Positions 23,897-35,700 of a stretch of 64,000 nt of DNA are shown piece by piece. Every line of letters starts with the position of its first letter. Within the stretch, counting starts at the first letter, position 1. The stretch is taken from the NCBI GenBank assembly GCA_964106645.2, contig OZ067046.1; one strand, given 5' to 3'. Source of the stretch: Podarcis pityusensis (Eukaryota). Under the pieces are notes generated by a model. The model ran no database searches. It saw only the letters and a list, made by a program, of their open reading frames with translations, and had not been told where the DNA came from. Position numbers and translations under genes: made by a program.

Positions 23897-24923
23897 GAAA
23901 GACACAAGCAGGTTCTCTGAGTCATGCTTCACTTTGCTTTTCCTCCCCACTCCTTCTGGCAGATTGCTTTTCTTTGTATTTAGTTCTTTCTCTTTTTAGT
24001 TACTTTTAAAAACAAGTAATCATTATTGTTTGTGTAGCTCTACTGGCAAGAGGATACATTAATCTTCTAAAAGAAAGTTCCATGTTCTCTCAGTATGATT
24101 TGCTTCTTGGAAATCTAAAAATACCAGTTAGGAGGGAGGGAGTTCTACAACTGAAGAAGCTTTTCCAGAACTCCTTGCAGCTGATAGGGGAAGAGAATGG
24201 AATGGCCAGAACAAGGGCAGTATTTCCTGCTTGGAAATAGACAGTGAGTGGGATGGAGGAGGAGAATTGAATGTAGAGATATTTTCCCCAGTTCCCAAGA
24301 TCTTGGACTGTTTTGCATTTTGAGAGCAGCAAAATGTTGAAACCTCTGGAGTAATGTATTAGTCTGTATGTTTGAGGGATTTTCTTTTGCATCCTGCCCA
24401 TTCTGGAGAACCAATGTGTTAACGTAATGTTGGGGTTTAGAACAGAAGATTCATATGGCATGTCTACATTCTTTCGGGCAACAGGAACAAAATAAGCCTG
24501 TGCTAGCTGGCCTGTGCTGTGCAGATACCAATATTGCGGTTGCGGTCATTGACAGTGTGAAGTTAACTAATATTGGTTAAGCACTGTACCGATTGCATGA
24601 GTACACCAGCAGGCACCCAATAGTTTATTTCTTTATTTAAATATTTATAAACTGCAGTTTCATAGATAATATAAAGCAGCATACAAAATAAAGACAATGC
24701 TACAGTAAGAACAGTTAAATCATGGATAGCATATCAGCAAGAACTGACTGGTAAAGAAAATCACAATGCAATTATTTATTTGAACACACTTTTTGAAATT
24801 TATTTATTTAAATATTATTAAACTGCACTTTCATAGAAAGTATAACATATATAATATTAATGATACATTACAATATTAAAAAACTGCATGCTGAATTTGT
24901 GCTGCTGCAGACATAGTCTAACA

Positions 24924-25059
24924 CAGGCTTCCTCAAACTCGGCCCTCCAGATGTTTTGAGACTACAGTTCCCATCATCCCTGACCACTGGTCCTGCTAGC
25001 TAGGGATCATGGGAGTTGTGGGCCAAAAACATCTGGAGGGCCGAGTTTGAGGAAGCCTA
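24924..25059. mobile_element. hAT-type MITE
   Basis: Inverted termini CAGGCTTCCTCAAACTCGGCCCTCCAGATG / CATCTGGAGGGCCGAGTTTGAGGAAGCCT; right TSD eroded. Confidence 0.8.
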
Positions 25060-25782
25060 ACATGTGCAAATGTTCCACCACTGTAGTTGATCATTTTTGT
25101 AGGGAAAATCTTGGCAGAGATCTGTGCTTTGTAAATAGATGTAGCAATATAAAACTATCCAGCTTTTGGAGGCAGTTTTGGTATGAAGAAACAAAGAAAC
25201 AGATTTGGGAACATTGGTGGAATAAAGAAGTAAGAATTCAGATATAAGTAAAATAATAGAAACAATTATGATACAGCACCTCCAGAGCTATGGGTGGAAT
25301 CCAAAGATTGTAAGATTGGACAATGTTCTTGCACAACCAATCATTAGATTTACAGTACATTGTCCCTGCTGTGTCTCTGAATAGCTTCTCTGGGTGGGGA
25401 GGGGAAATTGCCCAAAACTTGCTCAGCATATTTGGAATTAAGGAAGCAATACTTTACATGGTTGTCTGGAGTAAATCCCTTTGAATTTAATAGGGTTTGC
25501 CTCAGAATAGACATATAGAATAGAATCATAGAACTGTATATGGCTAGTAATGGAATTCATGTAGTTGACAGCTCTGGTCAGAGAAGATTAAAGTGTAGCT
25601 GCTCAATGACTTTTCTCTTATAACAGATGAATGTTTGTTTTCTTACATCAAGCTATTACAGTGTACATATATATATATATTTCTGTTCCTGTACTTAAAA
25701 TAAAAAGTGTCTACTTATTACATGAAAAAAATAATTAGGTGCAGAATCCTAATACTATTATCTTTCTTTTTCTTTTTAACAG

Positions 25783-25904
25783 TACTGAATTAAGATATTA
25801 ATGATCTTCTGCGGAGAATACATTTTGAAGGCTCTTCCCAAGTTGCTCCTTCTGGAACCTGTCATTTAGAACATTGCCATTTATCATCCAGAAAAGTATA
25901 AACG
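25783..25904 (+). other. CLOCK: Candidate CLOCK 5'UTR exon (contains uORF 25801-25869)
   Basis: Long polypyrimidine tract + ttaacag|; donor ACG|gtaaaa; about 350 nt upstream of the first coding exon. Confidence 0.55.
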
Positions 25905-26305
25905 GTAAAAGCCCACTGGATTATATTCAGATAATTAGGGCACAGAACCAAAAAGCACAGGCATATATATTGGTAGCAATCCAAAGAACTATGTCCTCAT
26001 TTTAAGGGCTTTGACATTGCCAGACAACATGGCAATTTGCTTTTGACAGTGCTCTCAGTTTCAAATACGGTTTGCCATGTGGAGTTGGGGCAGGGAGCTG
26101 ATGTTCAAGAGACACAATCCCAAAGCTTTTTGGGCACGTGGAACTAGTTGCATGGTTCTTTGGATTCTGCCTATTGTTCCTTTTGGCGCCAGTAGGGAAT
26201 TTTATTCAGGAAAAATAAGAGAGTGACGTTGCATTTCTTTCTTTTTCTATTCTCCTACAGTGCAGACGTACAAATGTCTACCACAAGACTAAAGTGTGAT
26301 ATGTT

Positions 26306-26352
26306 ATGTTCTTTACCATAAGCACCCATAAAATGAGCTCCATTGCAGACAG
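26306..26352 (+). CDS. CLOCK: CLOCK coding exon 1 (exon starts at 26261)
   Basis: tcctacag| at 26260; [16 protein letters not shown]; |gtatgc. Confidence 0.92.
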
Positions 26353-26712
26353 GTATGCTATGTTTGAGTTTTGTGAATTATTTTTTATTTGTGCATTATT
26401 AATGGTTGCACATGGTTTAAAACAGAATTTCAAAGAAGGCCATTGAAGTTACAGTGTCTCTTTATAACAGGAGAGGTGAACCTGCAGCTGTCAAGCTGCT
26501 TTAGGTGGACTGCCAATCGCCAGATGTCTCCTCTCCCTCTTGTGCAGCCCCATTGCTAGCAAGTCATTGCATGAAAATGCTCAGCAAGCAGGAAGGAGCA
26601 CCAGAGGATAAACAGGTGCCTTTGGAAGCTAAGGAGATGAGGCAGTGAGGCTTTCCTTTCCTCCTAGCCCAGCACCACAGTGGAGAGGAGTTATATCTCT
26701 ACTGGTATTGTT

Positions 26713-26795
<83 letters not shown>

Positions 26796-29700
26796 AGAGC
26801 ACCTACCTGTATGTTCCTGACTGTGTGGCTGCCTGCTTGTCTGGATGTATGCAGTATGTGTGTGCATGCATGTAAATGTACATTGATCTCAGCCTCTGTT
26901 GGCTTGCAGCCCTTGGAGTGGTGGTTATGAGTGTGATCCTTAGACCAAAAAGGTTATCTACCCCTCCATTAGAACATAACAGACTTCATTAGCTGTTTGC
27001 TATGAATGACTTGATTTAATGGTAATGCGGAATTGCAAAGATCCAATGAGGGTGTTTCAATATTTCTTCCTAAATTGTATCTGTGGGTACGGTAGAAAAG
27101 GTAATGTTCACAAAATTTATTTTACTTCACATCGAAACCAATCTTATAAATACCAATTTTTTTAAGATTGATATAATTAGTAATGTTGCAGACTGAAAAT
27201 ACTTATCAATATAAGGCTGTTCTTAACATTGTGGCTGCCCTCTGAGACTTGTTTTTTTCTTGTAGAGATGATGGTAGCATTTTTGATGGTCTCGTGGAAG
27301 AAGATGACAAGGATAAAGCGAAGAGGTATGTTTTTTGAGGTAGCTAGCACCTTCCATTTTTCCTCTGGTTAGGATGTATATAAACTGTGCATTGAAATGG
27401 GACTTTACATAAAGGGCTGTTTGCACACAATGCTAAACCATGGTTCAGTGTTATAAAGATGAGCCTCCCCAAGCCTAGGTAAAGCCAACTTCAAACCATG
27501 GGATTTTCCCTTGTTGTGAGCCAGGAGACCTGATTTGCATAGAATGCAAAGATTCTTTGAAACTCAATGTAAAATTCTCCTGGCTGCACAGGAGAGAGTA
27601 TTGCAGAGTGAATTGAAGAGCATGTGAGACTAATGCTTTGTTTGGACTTGCTGAGGCTTGACTAAGTAAATAGTTTAGAACAGGGAAAGAGAACCTGTGA
27701 CCTTCCAGCTGTTATTGAACTTAATCTCTCATCAGCCTCAGCCAGCATTGCTCATGATGACTGGTGATGAGAACTGTAGTTCAATGACATCTGGAGGGCC
27801 ACTTCTGGTTTTGTATTACATCTGGACCAGCGCATAGATTGCACAGATTATATCAGGAAGCCTGTGAAAAGCCCTATATCCAGTGGCCTAAAGTATGCAC
27901 AATGCCCTTAGTCCTTGCATACATTGCCAGGCATGTGGTCAGCTGTCTTATCTGACAATGGGGAAGGGGGAAGAGAAGGGAGGACGGATTCAAAGCATCT
28001 CTTTTCTCCCCACCCACCCTCTTAACAAGTGACCAAGTGGATTAATTAAAGTTTGTTCAAGGGAAGATACCAACACATAGTCCCTTGCTGAGTGCAAGGA
28101 TCACTGCATGGGGATCTTGGTTTTTTTGGCTTGGAGACAGTATTAAAATATTGCAATAAAATATTAACATATTTATGTACTGCAAAGATATAAGACTCTT
28201 CAAGTTTCAATTTTTAGTTTTTCTTTTAATTTTATCAGGCATCCAAATAAGTCCAAGTGTCTTGACTGGCAACTGACCTCTTGAAAAGCTACTGTAATAT
28301 GCTTAAGACAAAAGCCTAGATTCAAACAGCAGTAAAACTTGTTTCACAGGCTAAGGGCTTGGGGCTTCCCCCCCCTTTTTTTCTTTTAGCAATAACCTAT
28401 CAAAGCCGCATAACTATTGAAAGTGGAGGAAGAGTAGTGGAGATTAAAAAAATTCCACTGGGCATGCTCAAGCACTTGTTTTTACCAAAAGTAGTTATTT
28501 GGATTCCACCCAAAAGATGTTTAAAGATAATTTAAACACATCGCTAATGTTTCCATGTATAGGGCTCCAAAATGGAATACTAATGTTGCAGTCCTAACCC
28601 TGCTTACTTGAGAGTAAGTTCATTGAATTTAACAGAACTTCTGAGTTGGCATGATTAGAATTGTGCTAAAAGTATTTCTATGGCTAGTTTTGCCAAATGT
28701 TTCCTCCTCCTCACATTTGAAATGAGCATATTTTATTGACCATTGTAACTTACAATACATTCTGTTGTATCCACTGCTTCCAGGGCTTCCATTCCCTCTT
28801 CTTTCCATTCATGCCCCCAACCCTCCAGCTGTTCAGGAGCTGGAGGGGATGGGAGAGGAAAGGGAAATTCTGTTATGCAAATGGAAGCCCCTTTTGCTGA
28901 CAGAACTGTAGCATTGGACACAGCCTCCTAACCCCTAAGAAATTGCATAAAACTTCCCCCCTGGAATTTTCATAATTGTGTGTGTCTGCTTTTTTTTAAG
29001 GGTGTCAAGAAACAAGTCTGAAAAGAAACGCAGAGATCAGTTTAATGTACTCATCAAAGAACTGGGATCCATGCTTCCGGGCAATGCTCGGAAGATGGAC
29101 AAATCTACTGTACTGCAGAAGAGCATTGATTTCTTACAGAAGCACAAAGGTAATTTGGGAATGTCACAAGAAATTTGTGAAACAAATTTTGTTGAATTCT
29201 TGATACTTAAGTATATATGAGTTGGAATGGTCCATAAATCACAGGTAGTTTTAGTCTGTCTACCTGGTGGTGTTATATTTGCTGGGACAGGGTGGTGGCA
29301 AGGTTGAAGGGAGCCCTGGATTGGTGGTGCCAACAACCCGGTAAGGGTGTGTGTGCACATGTGAGCCACTGCCAACCCAGAACTCTCCTAGCTTTCCCCT
29401 GACCTATCTCTGTCCTGTTGAATGCAGCACTGTGACTAGTAGTGTGCTGCTGTCTGCTCTCCCCATCATGCAGTTCTGGTGATAAGTAAATGCTTCTTTT
29501 CTCAACCTTTTTACCTACCTATCTGCATCTTGGTACATTAAGGTAGAATGTTGCAATGAATACAGTTCTCTCACTTGCTCTCTATCTTTTTTGTTTTTGT
29601 AATAGGCATGTTTAATGACTGGGCTGGTGCGGTTAATGAATGATAGTTTCCAATGGGATGGGGAAAATAACCTGTGGCGCTATTCCCTCCCCCCTTTTGT

Positions 29701-32700
29701 TCAAGTTGGCATCCAAAGTTGGGTGTGTGTATTACAAGTGTGCGCACAATTTTCCTTTCCTTTTGCAGAGATCACTGCCCAATCAGATGCCAGTGAAATC
29801 CGACAGGACTGGAAACCCACATTCCTTAGTAATGAAGAATTCACTCAGTTAATGTTAGAGGTAACTTAATTATTTTCATTGTAAAATGTGTGCGTATTCT
29901 GTCATTGTAAGTATTGCTTTGTGATGTCGTGCGGTATATTTTCAGCTTTGTATTGTAATTAAAATGCACTTTCCCCAATATTCAGTTAAAATATGTGCAG
30001 AACAGATTCAAAAGATGCATGTGGAGAATGCTGCTGCCAGGGGGTTATTGGGGGACCAGCTACTTAAAATATTCTGTACCTTTGAAACTTAATTTACCTT
30101 CTGTTTTGAAACCCAGTTTGATGATGCCTTTGACCTTTAGTTCCTCAATGGTTTGGGTCCAAAGTAAATTGAGCACTACCTACCTCCATGTAATACTGCT
30201 TGTCTGTTTAGAAACTTAGAAGGGTCTTTGCTCTCCATCCCACCATTATCTGTAGCTGTAGTCATGTTGGGTGGTATGTGAAGCCAGGCCTTCTCTGGCA
30301 CAGTGGCACTTAAACTTTGACACCACACTGGGAGACATGCTTAGCTTGTTCTCTTCCCACCTTCTGAAAGATGGTGAAGACCACTGTTGTACATTGGGCA
30401 TTTTATAGCAATGAGTTTAGTGCCTTGGTTTTGTGCTCCTGCTGTTTTTTGTTGAATTGATTCAAAGCAATTTGTATCAAATTTGCAATTGGTATTTTAA
30501 CATTTTTCTTTTGTATTTTAAGTTTTGTGAGCCTTTTGGCTGAGGAGCAACATCACAATGTACTCAGCATAATGTGCATTTCCCCAGGTTTGAGAGCGCA
30601 ACCCATGAATTGATTGTCAGATAGTGTTCAGTTCCACTGTTCAGGGTGCTGGTGCAGGGAAGTTTAAGATTTTGAGATCAATTAAGAAGTTAGTCCTGGC
30701 TCTTTTTTGTATGTTAATCAAATTGTACAGTGCCCTGTTTGTCTCCTTTTAACTGTCTGTTCTGTTTAATTTCAGGCTCTTGATGGTTTTTTCTTAGCAA
30801 TCATGACAGATGGAAGTATAATATATGTATCAGAAAGTGTAACCCCCTTACTTGAACACTTGCCAGTAAGTACGAGCTGCTTACAGGAAGATATCAGATT
30901 TATTTGGTCACTGGATGGACACTTTACCATTTGCCATTCTAAATTCTAGAGCTCAAATAGTATAATATCTTTTTAAAGACTTCATCTTTTCTTCCATTAA
31001 AGCAGCCTTAGTCCTGTTTCATGTATAAGGCACTTCAGTGGGTGAATCAGGAGCATCAGACATTTTTCTCTGCTCATATACACACAGCCATCACAGTGTG
31101 CCACAGTGTGCACATTCATTGACTCCTGATGTAAGTGGTATATGAAAATAACACACATATGCCTGTGCACGATCTTCCTTCTGTATAGCCTATTTCTCGC
31201 TTATCAAAGGGCATAAGCATTTTGTTTTTATCTTGCCCTAAAAATTTTTTTTTTATTCTTGCACTAAGAAATGGAGACAGTTACAGTTGAGTCTACCATT
31301 GTGTAGATTTGGTTTATAACAGTTGCAGACTTCGTTTCCTCTAAGGAGGAAAGGGATTTGAACAATCCTGCACATTGAGGTTTTTACCCACAATTGCTGT
31401 GGATATGGTAAAACTTTTCCTTTTGTCCAAACTGTTGGAATGCAACTGATATTACTATTGCTGGTCTTCTGCTTGAATTTGATGAGAGGTTTGTATATAT
31501 ATTGTAAAAGCATTCATTTAAAGTGGGATCCATAACTGATCTCTGCTCATGTCTTGTGCAAACAGACAGAACTGCTTTTCTGCCCACACAAGACATCTCT
31601 GGATTGCACACAAAATCAAGTAGGATCAGCATCAGAATATTGCAGGGTGTCCTCACTTTCTAACAGGATTGCTTCTCTTCAGGGTTTCTGACAGCTAATT
31701 ACACCCCTTTCCCAGATACTGTAAGTTGTAGTAATCTTAAGCAGGGTATCCCCCCCCCCCCCCCGGTTTTCCACCTTTTGCAATCGATTCTCAATATCCC
31801 GTGGCTGCTTAAAATGCTCAGTCCTCATTCAAAGGTTGCTTCCTTAGGTTAAAACATATACTTCATTACTGCAATGTACCTCGAGTCTCAAAGGACAGGG
31901 GAGTGTCTTCTATACTTTGGATAGGATTATAGCAATGTTTGTTCACTGTATCTGAAATTAGGGCAATCCAGCTTTTTATTGTTGTAAAAATATTTGGAAA
32001 TGATGTACTTAATCAGGATTATGTGTTACAAGCAGCATAATATTTTTCTCCCTGACAGCTGTGTTAGTTACTTTGTATTCAAAAGTGACATTTCACAAGA
32101 TTACATTTTCATTTCATTTCTCTCTCTCTTTTAGTCTGACCTTGTGGATCAGAGTATATTTAATTTTGTCCCAGAGGGGGAGCATTCAGAGGTTTATAAA
32201 ATACTGTCTACTCATCTGTTGGAAAGTGATTCGTTGACCCCAGAATATTTAAAATGTAAGTTGCACTGTTGAATTATCTCTCGAAAGAAACTCCTGAACA
32301 CTTCAACATGTTAAAATACAGTGAAAATATAATCACTGATTTATTCTGTTAAACTAAGAGTTTCCTGAAATCTTTTTCACATACCAGGTATATAAAAAGG
32401 CTAACACTATTATTATATTATATATATTTATATTTATATTTATAAATGCAGTAGGTAAGGAACCAAGAATTGTTTCAACTGTGGCCAGCAACTGCTGCAT
32501 TTTAGCAGTATTATTATTATAATTATTTATTGAATTTATGTACCGCCCTATACTCAGAGATCTCAGGGCGGTTCACAAAATAAAATCAAAATATAAAACT
32601 ACAAAATACATAATCAAAATAAAAACAACAACCCAATAACCTCCACCCCCCAAAAAACCCCACATTTTAAAAGGGCATAGGATCCTGACAACATTTAAAG

Positions 32701-35700
32701 TGAGACAATTAACAAACCTGGACAAGAACCACTTTCTGGAAAACCATGATCTCAGAAATGTCTGCAGAAATGTCTGTCAATATATAAAATGAATGTAAAT
32801 TGTAACAACACTGCATTGTAGAATGCATGTGGTCAGTGTTCCAGTGGCCACCATGTCCTCATCTATGATACTCTCCCATGCCTTCTGCCATTCTCTCTCC
32901 CACTTGGTTCCCCCTTTGGGTTTTTTGAGGGGCAGGGGCTCTCACCCTCTTAGAGTTGTTTTTCTGAAGATTTTTTGCTCATCTGCAAATCTTCAGTTCC
33001 CACAGGCTTATTGATACTTCCCTCTTCAGTGTAACCGATGCAATATTGGAGAGCCACACTCAACTCTGAGTTTTGAAAATCGAAGGAGTACTGGGCTGTG
33101 GACTGTCTGCAGTTGGGATGTTGACAGAAGCTTGCTTCACTTTCTGAAATGTTTCTCACTCATGGTTTGTTAAACCATGGGGTGATGATCATTATCCACA
33201 CTTTTATTTTATATTGCTCACAATACTTTTGGGGAGTGAGGCAGCACAGGGTAGATACATACTTTAAGGCTGCAACCCTATATATACCTAACTGGGATTA
33301 ATCCACAGGCTCCTTTGGGAGGGTGGGTGGATATAAACAAACAAACAAACAAACAAACAAACAAACTCACTGTGCCTTCCTTCTGAGTATAAATGTAAAA
33401 GATTATATTCTAAATGTGTAGGATCTTAGATTCAAACCTAGTTGAAAAATATTGTGGTAGCAGGGCAGGAAAAGGCTGGATGCACTGAAGAACTACTCCC
33501 ATGTAAGGAATGTAAGGTGGCACATTGTTAAGGCTATGTTTAAGGTAGCTTCTTCCATTGTTTTGCACATTTTACTCAAGAATATCAGCTTGTAAGGTTT
33601 CGATGTTCATTTTGATATTCCATTATGTGTGTTTTGTTCTTCTAGCAAAAAACCAACTAGAGTTCTGTTGCCATATGCTCCGAGGGACAATAGACCCCAA
33701 AGAGCCACCTACATATGAATATGTAAAATTTATAGGAAACTTCAAGTCATTGAGTAACAGTAAGTTACAGTATTTTTTTTAAAGTGTTTTAGATTACAAC
33801 TAACTTGTGAAACGTTACAAGAAATAGGAAAAATAATGTACCTCCTTTTTTTTAAGGCACTGGATTACATTTAAATGAGGATAGTGTAAATTTACAGCAT
33901 GTCTGTTGACAGAAACTAGGGAAGTGTAGCAACTTCTAGTGCAGGCACCCCCAAACTCGGCCCAGCTGTTTTGGGACTACAATTCCCATCATCCCTGACC
34001 ACTGGTCCTGTTAGCTAGGGATGATGGGAATTGTAGTCCCAAAGCAGCTGGAGGACCGAGTTTGGGGGTGCCTGTTCTAGTGAGTCCTGAATCCCAAGCC
34101 TTGGAGAGATTCTTGGCTGCTTTGGGCAAAGTGTGATCTGCATGTGACACCCAAGTCAAAGCAGAATTCCCCAAGTGCCTAATAACATCTTCAGTGATTC
34201 AGATGCTTTAAAAAGCTGCAAACAAGTGTCTGCAGAAAGTGAAACTATTGTCTCTAAGCTCACCATATAAGGAAGACAGCAGGGGGGAGGAGAGGGGCTA
34301 ATTGATGTCTGTATTTTAATGAAAACTCTTGGACCAGGATGGAGGGAAAGCTTGTTCAGAACTGTCCGTTTTTAATCAGAGGAATTATTTTGTTAGCACT
34401 CTTCAATCCCAGTGTTTGAGGGGAGGGATGTTGCTGAATAATATAATCTACATTTTCTCTGTGTCGTTTCTTGCTCTTTTGCAAGTTCTGTTCTGCAGTG
34501 CAGCAAACATCAGAAAGAGTTCTGTTAGACTTCGGTGGTGTCCTTCCCTTTCCTGCTTTTTTCCTATTGTCCAACTTACATCTTTAGCGCTTTCATTCTG
34601 TTTGATTACTCGTGCTTTTCAATTTATTTCCAGTTATTGTTAATAGTCCCTCATTCTGTTTTGATTTTATTTGCTGGTATTTCAAGGGTTTTTGTTCTGT
34701 TTAGCAGAGTGCAATGTTATGCCCCTTCCCCTTATAGTTCAGGGTCTGAGGACTTTGCTTCTGTGTGACTGACTGTAGTTTTTTTAAAAAATCGCTTTGA
34801 TCTGAAGGAAGGGCAGGATATAAAAACTCTGAGATAAGTGAAACAGGTTGAGTGATTTTTACTTTCTTTTTATATCAGCTTAGGCAGTATTTATGTTATT
34901 CTATGAAATATTTTAAGAATGTAGTTTTAATTTTTTTCTCCCAGGTGACTTTTTAAACACTTTGTTTCATAGGATCGTTAATTATATGTTTGATTTTATA
35001 AGTCATTCTTAGAAATAGTAGTAATTTTCTTCTCTTCCTCCTGTCCTTAGTGTCTAACTCTGCGCATAATGGTTATGAAGGAACCATTCAGCGATCACAT
35101 AGGCCTTCCTATGAAGACAGAGTTTGTTTTGTAGCTACGGTCAGGTTAGCTACACCTCAGTTTATCAAGGTATGTTAAGATTGTCATCTCTTCAAAATCT
35201 ATGATATTTGCTTTTCCTTTGTATTTTTCTTAAGCAAAACATTTATTGTTTAATGAACAATAATTTAAGCAACCATACTCCAATCCAGGTAGGGTAATAT
35301 TCTCCAGGATGCAGGTGTTCTTGTACAAATTGCCTCCTAGATTGGGTCCTGTGCTGTTAAAAAAAGGTCTATAGCCAGCTTCTGTAACTGTACTGCATGT
35401 ATGCTGGATCAGGCTCAAGCATGCATCCCCAGAGGATGATTTGGGCTGTTAGTTAACAACCTGTCTGCAGTACTAGGAAGACTCAATCAAGTTCTCCTCA
35501 TTGCTGTAGCTGACATTCAGTGCCTTTCCTACAGGAATTTTGAAACATGTCCTTCTGTGGTGCAAATTTAGATTTGCTGAAGGCTTAGTTGTAAAGAACT
35601 TCCTCTTTTAGGAAGGCTATATACCATGTGAATTGCTAGTAAAAGAAAATAGCACAACTGCCTTCCGTATCAATTCCCAGATGTCAAAAAGAAGTAGGGG

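Noticed and set aside
26135-26140. CACGTG E-box upstream of the first coding exon (others at 7638 and 56219)
   Set aside because: Isolated 6-mers at chance frequency, with no tandem E-box arrangement.
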